Of a stretch of 64,000 nucleotides of DNA, positions 19,000 to 27,570 are shown piece by piece. Both the position numbers and the translations under genes were made by a program. The notes beneath the pieces are model-generated. The model was not told the origin of the DNA, made no database searches, and was given only the letters and a program-made list of their open reading frames with translations. The stretch is from Bacteroidota bacterium (GTDB lineage Bacteria; Bacteroidota; Bacteroidia; NS11-12g; UBA955), in contig JAURNR010000054.1 in the NCBI GenBank assembly GCA_030830065.1, forward strand, positions 1,962 through 65,961. The letters run 5' to 3'. The first letter of the stretch is position 1, and every line of letters begins with the position of its first letter.

Positions 19000-20595
19000 A
19001 TGAAGCATTTATTTGTACTGGCCATAGGGCTTTTAGCTAGTTTGGAGCTTTCTGCTCAAAGTAAACCAGACATTGATTGGTATCACACTAAACCCAAAAA
19101 AAGTAATATGGGTATTTCATTAGATAAAGCATATTCCTCAGAATTTGCAAAACTTCCTTCGAAGACAATAGTTGTTGCCGTTATTGACGGTGGTACTGAT
19201 ACCAAACACGAAGACCTAATAAATGTTTTGTGGACAAATAAAGGTGAATTCCCTAATAATGGGTTAGACGATGATCATAATGGTTATGTAGATGATATTC
19301 ATGGATGGAACTTTATTGGCGGACCAAATGGAGAAAATGTTGGTCCGGACAATATGGAAAAGGTTAGGGTATTTGCGAAACTACGAGATAAATATGAAGG
19401 TCAAGATGTTTCTGAGGATGTAGCTAACTCCTTAGAATATAAGCAATACGAACTTTTAAAAGAAGAAATTCCTTCAGAAAGAGAAAAATATCTTAGTCTT
19501 TACGACCGCATGAATAGACTATTAACTGGAATGCAAAAAATACAAAAGTCCATTGGAGTAAACCCTACCAAAGAAGAGATACAGTCTTTTGGAAAGGCTC
19601 AAATTGAATCGGAACAAAAAGAGGGTGCAATTGCTATGATGACTGCCAGATTAATGGAAATGCAAAATCTTAGTTTTAGTGACTTAATGTCTGAACTTAA
19701 GGATCAAGTAAAAGCTATGGATGCTAGAGCAAATTATCATTATAACCCCGACATGGATACGCGTAAAATCATTCAAGATAATTATTCAAATTCTTCGGAA
19801 AGATATTACGGTAATAATGATGTAATTGGTCCTGATGCAGGTCATGGAACCCACGTAGCAGGAATTATTGGAGCCTCTAGAGGAAACAGTATTGGACTTG
19901 ATGGTGTGGCCGATAATGTTCAAATAATGGTTGTAAGAGTTGTTCCAGATGGAGATGAGCGTGATAAAGATGTTGCAAATGGTATTCGTTATGCTGTTGA
20001 CAATGGAGCAAAAATCATTAATATGAGTTTCGGTAAAGGTTTCAAATGGGATAAAAATATTGTAGATAGCGCTGTAGCCTATGCCGAATCAAAAAATGTA
20101 TTATTAGTTCATGCTGCTGGAAATAATGGCCAGAATAATGACAATACTCCTAACTACCCAAACGATACATTATGGGGAGGTAAGAAGTTTGCTGAAAACT
20201 GGATAGAAATTGGAGCTAGTGAAAGAAAATGTAAACATTTGGCAACTTCTTTTTCGAATTATGGACAAAACAATGTAGATCTTTTTGCTCCCGGAAGAGA
20301 TATTTACAGTTCAATTCCAAATAATGAATATGCATATTTTAACGGAACAAGTATGGCGGCACCGGTGGTATCGGGAGTTGCGGCATTAGTGTGGAGTAGA
20401 TACCCTTCTTTAACTGCAGTTCAGTTGAAATATGTATTAATGAATTCTAGCAAGAAGATTAAGGGCAAGGTGGTTTTACCAGGTTCTGAAGACAATAAAG
20501 AGAAGGTTAAATTTTCTGAAATTTGTCGTTCAAGTGGTTTGGTTAATGCTTACGAAGCTTTAAAATTAGCTTCTAAAGTTACCAGTACTAAATAA
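19000..20595 (+). CDS. S8 family (subtilisin-like) serine peptidase, secreted
   Basis: Signal peptide plus the catalytic triad contexts VAVIDGGTD (Asp63), GHGTHVAG (His282) and GTSMAAPVVSG (Ser). A long helical insertion separates Asp and His. Confidence 0.85.
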   Translation: MKHLFVLAIGLLASLELSAQSKPDIDWYHTKPKKSNMGISLDKAYSSEFAKLPSKTIVVAVIDGGTDTKHEDLINVLWTNKGEFPNNGLDDDHNGYVDDIHGWNFIGGPNGENVGPDNMEKVRVFAKLRDKYEGQDVSEDVANSLEYKQYELLKEEIPSEREKYLSLYDRMNRLLTGMQKIQKSIGVNPTKEEIQSFGKAQIESEQKEGAIAMMTARLMEMQNLSFSDLMSELKDQVKAMDARANYHYNPDMDTRKIIQDNYSNSSERYYGNNDVIGPDAGHGTHVAGIIGASRGNSIGLDGVADNVQIMVVRVVPDGDERDKDVANGIRYAVDNGAKIINMSFGKGFKWDKNIVDSAVAYAESKNVLLVHAAGNNGQNNDNTPNYPNDTLWGGKKFAENWIEIGASERKCKHLATSFSNYGQNNVDLFAPGRDIYSSIPNNEYAYFNGTSMAAPVVSGVAALVWSRYPSLTAVQLKYVLMNSSKKIKGKVVLPGSEDNKEKVKFSEICRSSGLVNAYEALKLASKVTSTK

Positions 20596-21154
20596 TTTTC
20601 TGTATTTCAGAATAAAATCGAGACATAGGAAAACCCATTACATTGTAGAAGCAACCTTCAATTCGAGTTACGCCTACAAGTCCCATCCAGTCTTGAATAC
20701 CATAACTGCCAGCCTTATCAAAAGGTTGGCAGTTTTTTATATATGAATTAATTTCATCTAGGCTTATATCTCTAAATTTCACTTTGGTTGTTTCATGGAA
20801 CACATGAATATTATTCTCTGTACGAATACATACACCGGTATGAACCTTATGATTTTTACCGCTTAATTTTAATAACATTGAACGCGCTTCAATCTCATTT
20901 GCAGGCTTATTGAGAATTTCATTTTCAATATCAACAACTGTGTCTGCCGTTATTAAAATTTCACCTTTTAATAATGTACTATGGCCTAGAGATTTCTTTT
21001 CAGCTAAGAATTCTGAAATTTCTGATGGAGTTAGTTTTTGATCAAATTCTTCATCAACATCAATATTTACAATATCAAAAAGTATTCCTGTATTCTGAAA
21101 AATTTCGTGTCTTCTGGGCGATTTTGTAGCGAGTAAAATTTTTGGAAGTTCCAT
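20588..21154 (-). CDS. maf: Maf-family nucleoside triphosphate pyrophosphatase
   Basis: MELPKILLATKSPRRHEIF..., typical Maf. I use the ATG at 21152-21154 rather than the track TTG at 21163. Confidence 0.85.
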   Translation of the reverse strand: MELPKILLATKSPRRHEIFQNTGILFDIVNIDVDEEFDQKLTPSEISEFLAEKKSLGHSTLLKGEILITADTVVDIENEILNKPANEIEARSMLLKLSGKNHKVHTGVCIRTENNIHVFHETTKVKFRDISLDEINSYIKNCQPFDKAGSYGIQDWMGLVGVTRIEGCFYNVMGFPMSRFYSEIQKII

Positions 21155-21160
21155 CTGATG

Positions 21161-21168
21161 CAAAGGTA
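21161..21168 (-). promoter_or_regulatory. -7 promoter box (TACCTTTG on minus strand), 6 nt upstream of maf ATG
   Basis: The plus strand reads CAAAGGTA, whose reverse complement matches TAnnTTTG. Confidence 0.4.
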
Positions 21169-21171
21169 TTA

Positions 21172-21179
21172 TATTTTTG
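21172..21179 (+). promoter_or_regulatory. -7 promoter box TATTTTTG, 13 nt upstream of ATG 21193
   Basis: Exact TAnnTTTG match, back-to-back with the maf box 3 nt away. Confidence 0.4.
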
Positions 21180-21192
21180 TAGGGCGAAATTT

Positions 21193-21843
21193 ATGTATAG
21201 ACCAACATTTGTAAAACGATTATTCAGTTACGTATGGCCAATTACTATTGAACGAAGGAAGGGGATGGCGGGGCATGTTTTAGAAGTAACAATATACCAA
21301 GGCAAGGTTATGTTGGATTCTGAAAAGGTTAACTATTCATTTGGATCACTACATAAGGTAATGCGTGGAGTAATTTTAAACCTTAAGAGTAAAAAATATC
21401 CACTAGATAATGTTTTGATATTAGGTTATGGAGGTGGTAGTGCAGCAGAAATAATTCATAACGAAGTAAATTCGGATGCACAAATAATTGGAGTGGATAT
21501 GGATAAAAGTGTGCTGGATATTGCTCAACAATATTTTTATACAAAAAAAGTACAATTGTTGGAATCAAAAGCAGAGGAATATTTGGAGTTAGCAAAGAAA
21601 AATCGATCTAGTTATAATACTATAATCATAGATTTATTCATCGATAATAAAATCCCCGAATTTTCAGATAGGTTTTGGGAACTCGTCAGTGAATTAATTA
21701 CTTCTGATGGAATTGCCTTTATTAATACAATGCTCGAGGAATCTGATTTCTGTATACTTGGAGACCAAATAAAATCTTTTGGTTTTCACATTCAATCATG
21801 GAATGAAATAAAGGAAAATCGTGTTTGGATGTTTAAAAAGTAA
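21193..21843 (+). CDS. Class I SAM-dependent methyltransferase / spermidine-synthase-like protein
   Basis: Motif I ILGYGGGSAAE, acidic loop IIGVDMD, and IIIDLF. Start moved to ATG 21193 because the track start overlaps maf. Confidence 0.6.
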   Translation: MYRPTFVKRLFSYVWPITIERRKGMAGHVLEVTIYQGKVMLDSEKVNYSFGSLHKVMRGVILNLKSKKYPLDNVLILGYGGGSAAEIIHNEVNSDAQIIGVDMDKSVLDIAQQYFYTKKVQLLESKAEEYLELAKKNRSSYNTIIIDLFIDNKIPEFSDRFWELVSELITSDGIAFINTMLEESDFCILGDQIKSFGFHIQSWNEIKENRVWMFKK

Positions 21844-21847
21844 TTGA

Positions 21848-22735
21848 TTATTGAAAGTTTGGAGCAACAATTAACTCTTTTGTTCCATGGCCGTAATCAT
21901 AGAACCCTCTTCCTGATTTAACACCTAAATCGCCAGACGTTACCATATTCACTAGCAAAGGACAAGGAGCGTATTTAGTATTCCCTAAACCATCGTAAAG
22001 TACATTTAATATGGCTAGGCACACGTCTAAACCAATAAAGTCTGCAAGTTGTAATGGACCCATTGGATGAGCCATTCCGAGTTTCATGATGGTGTCTATT
22101 TCGGTAACTCCAGCAACGCCTTCATGTAAAGAGATAATGGCTTCGTTGATCATAGGCATTAAGATTCTATTGGCTATAAATCCAGGATAGTCTTGGGTTA
22201 ATGCTGGTATTTTTCCAAGCTTTTTTGAAAGTTCCATAATATCAGCAGTAACCTGCTTATCTGTTTTGAAACCTTCAATAACCTCTACCAACTTCATTAC
22301 TGGTACTGGATTCATAAAGTGCATACCAATCACCTTCTCTGGACGTGATGTTACGCTTGCAATTTTTGTAATTGATATAGACGATGTGTTACTTGCTAAA
22401 ACACAATTTTTTGGTGCAAATTCATCTATATTCCTGAAAAGCTGTAATTTAATTTCTACGTTTTCAGTGGCTGCTTCAACCACCAAATCGGCGGATAAAA
22501 CTCCACTTTTTAAGTCAGTAGTAGTCTGAATATTTGCTAAAGCCTGATCTTTTTGTTCTGCAGTTATTTTTTCCTTTGCAATCATTCGATCCATATTTTT
22601 TGTAATAGTGGCGATTGCTTTTTCTAGCATTTCTTGTTTGATATCTATTAGTGTTACAGAATAACCACTTTGAGCAAAAACATGCGCGATTCCATTGCCC
22701 ATGGTCCCGCCTCCAATAACTGCTACATTTTTCAT
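21848..22735 (-). CDS. hbd: 3-hydroxybutyryl-CoA / 3-hydroxyacyl-CoA dehydrogenase
   Basis: Rossmann motif VAVIGGGTMGNGIAHVFA plus the C-terminal 3HCDH domain. Start at ATG 22733-22735 (MKNVAV...). Confidence 0.85.
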   Translation of the reverse strand: MKNVAVIGGGTMGNGIAHVFAQSGYSVTLIDIKQEMLEKAIATITKNMDRMIAKEKITAEQKDQALANIQTTTDLKSGVLSADLVVEAATENVEIKLQLFRNIDEFAPKNCVLASNTSSISITKIASVTSRPEKVIGMHFMNPVPVMKLVEVIEGFKTDKQVTADIMELSKKLGKIPALTQDYPGFIANRILMPMINEAIISLHEGVAGVTEIDTIMKLGMAHPMGPLQLADFIGLDVCLAILNVLYDGLGNTKYAPCPLLVNMVTSGDLGVKSGRGFYDYGHGTKELIVAPNFQ

Positions 22736-22739
22736 GCTG

Positions 22740-22747
22740 CAAAAATA
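22740..22747 (-). promoter_or_regulatory. -7 promoter box (TATTTTTG on minus strand), only 4 nt upstream of hbd ATG
   Basis: The plus strand reads CAAAAATA, whose reverse complement matches TAnnTTTG. Confidence 0.4.
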
Positions 22748-22784
22748 GGATAAGTTTTCCGGAACAAAGACTTTAAGATTTATG

Positions 22785-22815
22785 TTGACAAATCCTTCGT
22801 TTTGTATTATTTTTG
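22785..22815 (+). promoter_or_regulatory. Putative queA promoter: TTG (22785-22787), 20-nt spacer, TATTTTTG (22808-22815)
   Basis: Both elements of the Bacteroidetes -33/-7 consensus at near-canonical spacing, 28 nt upstream of ATG 22844. Confidence 0.5.
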
Positions 22816-22843
22816 CACCCCATTTTAGGGTCAGTCTTGCCAT

Positions 22844-23890
22844 ATGAAATTATCCCAGTTTAAGTTTGAACTACCTTCTCAGCTGATTGCTCAGGAGCCA
22901 TTAAAAACCCGCCACGAGTCTCGTTTACTTGTTGTGGATAGAAAAACACAAAAAATCGAGCATCGTACTTTTCATGATGTTTTAGACATCTTTAACGAGG
23001 ATGATGTTTTTGTGGTTAACAATACGAAAGTTTTTACTGCCCGTATGTATGGGCAGAAAGAAAAAACAGGAGCACAAATTGAGGTATTCTTACTACGTGA
23101 ATTAAATCATGATTTGAGATTATGGGATGTTCTAGTAGATCCCGCGAGAAAAATCCGTGTGGGTAATAAGCTCTATTTCGGAGAAGATGATTTAGTGGCT
23201 GAAGTAGTAGATAATACTACAAGTAGGGGAAGAACAATTCGTTTCTTGTTCGATGGCGATGATGATGCTTTTGATAGAGTTGTAAAGAAACTTGGAGAAA
23301 CTCCAATCCCCAAATATATTGACCGAGAAGTAATTGAGGAGGATTCGTCTTGGTACCAATCTCTTTTTGCAAAGCGTGTGGGTGCAGTTGCCGCTCCAGC
23401 AGCGCAGCTTCATTTTACTCGTGAGTTGCTAATGAGAATGGATATCAAGGGAATTAAGTTTTCTGAAGTAACCCTTCATCTTGGTCTTGGTGCATTTCGT
23501 GATGTAGAGGTTGAAGATCTCACGAAGCATAAAATGGATAGTGAATATTACAATATCTCAGAGCAAACAGTAGACGATGTGAATAATGCACTTGAAAACA
23601 AAAAAAGAGTAGTAGCAGTTGGCGGTTCGGTAATGCGAACTCTAGAATCGAGTGTAAGTTCGACGAAAACATTAAATCCAGGAGAAGGATGGACTGATAA
23701 GTTTTTGTTTCCTCCTTACAAATTTAATATTGCCAATGCCTTCATTACTAATTTACACGCTCCTGAATCTCCACTTTATATGATGGCTTGTGCTTACTCT
23801 AGTCATGAATTTATGGAAGAAGTATATCAAGAGGCTATAAAAGAAAAGTATCGCTTTATGTGTTATGGCGATGCTATGTTAATTCTATAA
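22844..23890 (+). CDS. queA: S-adenosylmethionine:tRNA ribosyltransferase-isomerase
   Basis: N-terminus [31 protein letters not shown] is the QueA signature. Full length (348 aa). Confidence 0.9.
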   Translation: MKLSQFKFELPSQLIAQEPLKTRHESRLLVVDRKTQKIEHRTFHDVLDIFNEDDVFVVNNTKVFTARMYGQKEKTGAQIEVFLLRELNHDLRLWDVLVDPARKIRVGNKLYFGEDDLVAEVVDNTTSRGRTIRFLFDGDDDAFDRVVKKLGETPIPKYIDREVIEEDSSWYQSLFAKRVGAVAAPAAQLHFTRELLMRMDIKGIKFSEVTLHLGLGAFRDVEVEDLTKHKMDSEYYNISEQTVDDVNNALENKKRVVAVGGSVMRTLESSVSSTKTLNPGEGWTDKFLFPPYKFNIANAFITNLHAPESPLYMMACAYSSHEFMEEVYQEAIKEKYRFMCYGDAMLIL

Positions 23891-23903
23891 ATACAATTTA
23901 ACA

Positions 23904-23985
23904 GCCCAGTTGGTGAAATTGGTAGACACGCCATCTTGAGGGGGTGGTGTCGCAAGACGTGCTGGTTCGAATCCAGTACTGGGCA
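23904..23985 (+). tRNA. tRNA-Leu (anticodon GAG), class II with long variable arm
   Basis: Hand-folded. Acceptor GCCCAGT/ACTGGGC, D stem GTG/CAC, anticodon stem CCATC/GGTGG with loop TTGAGGG, variable arm GTC-GCAA-GAC, T arm GCTGG-TTCGAAT-CCAGT, discriminator A. CCA is not encoded. Confidence 0.9.
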
Positions 23986-23993
23986 CAGGATAT

Positions 23994-24021
23994 AAGGCTA
24001 CATTAGTAGCCTTTATTTTTT
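23994..24021. terminator. Hairpin terminator AAGGCTAC-ATTA-GTAGCCTT followed by a T-run
   Basis: Perfect 8-bp stem (23994-24001 / 24006-24013), then TATTTTTT. The stop codon of the convergent rhomboid gene (24003-24005) lies in the loop. Confidence 0.6.
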
Positions 24022-24698
24022 CTCCATTTTTCGATTTCTTTATGAATAAACAATATTAACACCATGGGGACAACACCAAATACTGTCAATAATTGATGCT
24101 CATTATATTCAAGAGGCCAAAAAAGGAAAGTTCCTATTAATCCGCCAATTAATAAGCCCCCAAGGTGACCCTCATGCGAAATTCTATTTCGGTCTTTACT
24201 TTGAGTTAAGACAATTGAAACCAAAGTGAATAGGATTCCAAAAATGTATGCAGGTATAAATACTGGAATTAAAAATAGACCTATACCCATATTCGGTTGC
24301 AGGTATATAGAAATCATTACTAGACCACTTACTCCAGCAGATGAACCCACTGCCTGATAGTCAGAGTCGAACCTTCTCAGCCACATAGAATATAGACTCC
24401 CTCCTGCAACAGAAAAAATAAATATTATGGATGTTATAAAAGTACCTAATGATGATTCCACAACTGGGCCGAAATAATACAATGCTAAACAGTTTAATGC
24501 AGCATGCATCCAACCTGAATGAACTAGGAACGGCGTAAATATTCGGTGATATTCTTTGAGTTTTTGAATACGATAAGTACTAAAAAATAATTGGTTATAG
24601 ATTTCTGTGTTTTGAATTAACAGCACGTGTGCAATTAAAATCACTGCTATCATTCCCACACTAAAAGGGGCAATTTGAAATAATGTTTGAATATTCAA
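24003..24698 (-). CDS. Rhomboid-family intramembrane serine protease
   Basis: Six or more TM helices, HSGWMHAALN (H/N pair), catalytic GSSAGVSGL, and the downstream HLGGLLIGG histidine. Confidence 0.8.
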   Translation of the reverse strand: MNIQTLFQIAPFSVGMIAVILIAHVLLIQNTEIYNQLFFSTYRIQKLKEYHRIFTPFLVHSGWMHAALNCLALYYFGPVVESSLGTFITSIIFIFSVAGGSLYSMWLRRFDSDYQAVGSSAGVSGLVMISIYLQPNMGIGLFLIPVFIPAYIFGILFTLVSIVLTQSKDRNRISHEGHLGGLLIGGLIGTFLFWPLEYNEHQLLTVFGVVPMVLILFIHKEIEKWRKNKGY

Positions 24699-24725
24699 TA
24701 CATAACAAAAGTCATAAAAGAAAAG

Positions 24726-24733
24726 TACTTTTG
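24726..24733 (+). promoter_or_regulatory. -7 promoter box TACTTTTG, 6 nt upstream of ATG 24740
   Basis: Exact TAnnTTTG match. Confidence 0.4.
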
Positions 24734-24739
24734 ATAATA

Positions 24740-25369
24740 ATGAATCTAAAAAAACTGCTGCTTATCGGAATTTTGCTTACAAATTCATCATTTCTGATGT
24801 CGCAATTCGGTGAAGTGGAGGCGATGTCAAACAGAAAACGCGCTGAAGTATTGTTGAGTAAAGGACAGTGTGTTCAATCAATGCAATTGTATAAACAGAT
24901 TTATTCAGAGGATTCCGCGATGTTAGATTTGCATGGAGTTATAAGGTCATATACTTGTCTTGGTGAGCTCGAGAAAGCAGAGTCGATGCTTAATCAACTC
25001 GTTTTTATGCATCCAAAAGAGCCTGATCATCATTTTTATTTAGCACTGAATTTTTTGGAATATCCTAAGGAAGATAGCGCTATCTTACATTTCAAGACAT
25101 ATATTGAGCTATATAGAAAAAAGGTTTCTGTAACTAACGATGGAACCCCCATAGATGCAAAACCCTATTTTTACATCGGTAATATATACAGGGTTAGAAT
25201 GATAAGGGAGGGTCTCAGTAAATTCGAGAAAATGGACATGATATACCATATCGAAGAGTACCTTAGATTAAACCCTGTAGATGAATATGGAAGGCAATGG
25301 AAATTATTTATTGACGAAATACGGGATTTGCCACCTGAAAATGATGGGAAATACCATTATCAAAAGTGA
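24740..25369 (+). CDS. Secreted helical-repeat (TPR-like) protein, function unknown
   Basis: Signal peptide MNLKKLLLIGILLTNSSFLMSQ followed by helical-repeat-like sequence. Start moved from the track 24683, which overlaps the rhomboid gene. Confidence 0.4.
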   Translation: MNLKKLLLIGILLTNSSFLMSQFGEVEAMSNRKRAEVLLSKGQCVQSMQLYKQIYSEDSAMLDLHGVIRSYTCLGELEKAESMLNQLVFMHPKEPDHHFYLALNFLEYPKEDSAILHFKTYIELYRKKVSVTNDGTPIDAKPYFYIGNIYRVRMIREGLSKFEKMDMIYHIEEYLRLNPVDEYGRQWKLFIDEIRDLPPENDGKYHYQK

Positions 25370-25388
25370 GCTAACTAATAAGCTTGCT

Positions 25389-25396
25389 TATCTTTG
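25389..25396 (+). promoter_or_regulatory. -7 promoter box TATCTTTG, 15 nt upstream of ATG 25412
   Basis: Exact TAnnTTTG match. Confidence 0.4.
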
Positions 25397-25411
25397 TAAT
25401 GACTTTACAGA

Positions 25412-26641
25412 ATGTCTGTACCCAATAAAAACAAAATAATCAACGATCCTTTACATGGTTTTCTAACCATTCCAACTGGGTTGATTTATGATTTAATTCA
25501 ACATCCATATTTCCAAAGGCTGAGAAGAATTCGCCAGTTGGGTATGAGCGAATGGGTATATCCAGGAGCTACTCACACCAGATTTCATCACGCATTGGGA
25601 GCAATGAATTTAATGTTGATGGCGATGGATACTTTAAGAAAAAAAGGAATAGAAATTTCCGACGAGGAATATCAGGCAACAGCTATTGCTATACTGCTAC
25701 ACGATATAGGGCATGGTCCATATTCGCACACATTAGAGCATACACTAATTCAAGAGGTGCAACATGAGGAAATCTCAATTAATATAATGAATAAGCTGAA
25801 TAAAGAATTTAATGGCGAAATGGATTTGGCTATTAAAATTTTTCAGGATAAATATGTTGTAAAGCCTTTTTTATCACAGCTTATTTCTGGACAGTTAGAT
25901 ATGGATCGTCTGGATTATTTATTGAGGGATAGTTTTTATACTGGCGTTAGTGAAGGAATTGTTGGAGGGGAGAGAATTATTAATATGCTCAATGTATCAG
26001 ATGGAAACTTAGTTGTTGAAGAAAAAGGTATTTATTCCGTTGAAAAATTCTTAGTGGCAAGAAGGCTAATGTATTGGCAAGTTTATTTACATAAAACTGT
26101 TATAGCAGCTGATGCACTGTTAATTTCGATTTTAAATAGGGCAAGAGAATTGGCCCACGTTGGTCACTCATTAGGGAGTTATCATCCGTTATTACACTTT
26201 TTACTAAATGATATTTCAAGAGAAAACTTTGATGATGAAGCATTACAGTTGTTCTTAGCGTTAGACGATATTGATATTATGTCAAGTGTGAAACTTTGGC
26301 AATTTCATGAGGATAAAATATTGAGCACACTTTCTCAAAGTCTCATTAATAGAAATCTTCCAAAAGTTTTAATCTCAAAGGAGCCTATGAGCGAAACAAA
26401 TATTGAAGATGCCGTGTATTTAACAATTGAAAAGTTAAAAATCACAGAAAATGATGCACGAAGATATTTTATAAAATATGGCTTGCTCGAAAATCATGCT
26501 TATAAAAGTGAAGGAGGCGGGATTCGCATAATGAATAAGCACGGTCAGGTTTATGATGTAGCAGAAATAAGCGATAATTATAATCTAGCGGCTTTGAAGG
26601 AGACGGTAAAAAAATATTATTTAATAAAGTGGGTAAAATAA
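25412..26641 (+). CDS. HD-domain phosphohydrolase (SAMHD1/dNTPase-like family)
   Basis: Motifs HTRFHHALG and LLHDIGHGPYSH, plus DRLDYLLRD. Confidence 0.8.
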   Translation: MSVPNKNKIINDPLHGFLTIPTGLIYDLIQHPYFQRLRRIRQLGMSEWVYPGATHTRFHHALGAMNLMLMAMDTLRKKGIEISDEEYQATAIAILLHDIGHGPYSHTLEHTLIQEVQHEEISINIMNKLNKEFNGEMDLAIKIFQDKYVVKPFLSQLISGQLDMDRLDYLLRDSFYTGVSEGIVGGERIINMLNVSDGNLVVEEKGIYSVEKFLVARRLMYWQVYLHKTVIAADALLISILNRARELAHVGHSLGSYHPLLHFLLNDISRENFDDEALQLFLALDDIDIMSSVKLWQFHEDKILSTLSQSLINRNLPKVLISKEPMSETNIEDAVYLTIEKLKITENDARRYFIKYGLLENHAYKSEGGGIRIMNKHGQVYDVAEISDNYNLAALKETVKKYYLIKWVK

Positions 26642-27429
26642 AAAATAGATATAGTTCGGATGGAGTGTTAGCGAAGAAACATCTTGGACAACATTTTTTA
26701 AATCGGCCTGATATTGCTCAAGACATAGCGGACTTAGTTTCCAATGATATAGATATCGTAATCGAAATTGGCCCAGGTACTGGAGTACTCACACAATTTT
26801 TATACCCCCGTTTTCAAGATAAACTCTATGTAATTGAACTTGATTTAGAATCGGTTGATTTTTTAAGACAGCAAGATTGGGCAAAGGGTTTGAATATTAT
26901 CGAGGGTGATTTTTTAGAGATGGATTTATCAGAGTTTCTAGGTGATCAAAAGGTATGTATTGTCGGTAACTATCCCTATAATATTTCTACTCAAATTGTA
27001 TTTAAGTTATTGGAGGAATCATGGAATGTTGTTCAATTCTGTGGAATGTTTCAAAAAGAGGTTGCTGAAAGATTAAGTACAGGTCCTGGAAATAAACAAT
27101 ATGGTATTACTAGTGTTTTATTACAGGCTGCTTTTAAATGTAAATATTCGTTTACAGTGGATGAATTTGCTTTTATTCCACCACCAAAAGTTAAAAGTGG
27201 TGTTATAGATTGTTATAGATTTACTTATCTAGAAATTGAAAATTACAAGAGGCTAAAAAAGATAGTAAAACAAGCATTTTCTCAAAGAAGAAAAACCTTA
27301 AACAACGCATTAAAACCCATTCTTGGGGATAAAAGTCTTCCGGAAAAGTTTGCCAGCTTAAGGGCAGAGGCCTTAAGTGTTGAAGATTTTTGGGAATTAG
27401 TAAATTTTTTCTATTTTCCAACTCATTGA
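26629..27429 (+). CDS. rsmA: 16S rRNA (adenine1518/1519-N6)-dimethyltransferase
   Basis: Motifs GQHFL, EIGPGTGVLT and GNYPYNIST. The GTG start at 26629 overlaps the HD gene by 13 nt. GTG 26665 is an alternative start. Confidence 0.88.
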   Translation: MGKIKNRYSSDGVLAKKHLGQHFLNRPDIAQDIADLVSNDIDIVIEIGPGTGVLTQFLYPRFQDKLYVIELDLESVDFLRQQDWAKGLNIIEGDFLEMDLSEFLGDQKVCIVGNYPYNISTQIVFKLLEESWNVVQFCGMFQKEVAERLSTGPGNKQYGITSVLLQAAFKCKYSFTVDEFAFIPPPKVKSGVIDCYRFTYLEIENYKRLKKIVKQAFSQRRKTLNNALKPILGDKSLPEKFASLRAEALSVEDFWELVNFFYFPTH

Positions 27430-27531
27430 TATGCAACATAAAGAGTGTGTAATTTTGAATAGGTTTACTTTAAATGTTTAGTTTATTACAATTTTTTCTA
27501 AAAAAATGTGTCGATAAGGTTTTGTAATAAC

Positions 27532-27539
27532 TAAATTTG
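27532..27539 (+). promoter_or_regulatory. -7 promoter box TAAATTTG upstream of the cytochrome oxidase operon
   Basis: Exact TAnnTTTG match in the 141-nt gap after rsmA, 31 nt before ATG 27571. An imperfect -33-like TGTG lies 21 nt upstream (27507-27510). Confidence 0.45.
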
Positions 27540-27570
27540 TGCGTCAAAACCCCTATTGTACTCAAAAACG

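Noticed and set aside
23904-24021. tRNA-Leu as a possible integration site for a genomic island
   Set aside because: There is no integrase, no duplicated tRNA 3' segment and no foreign-looking genes on either side. The flanks are queA and a rhomboid protease gene.
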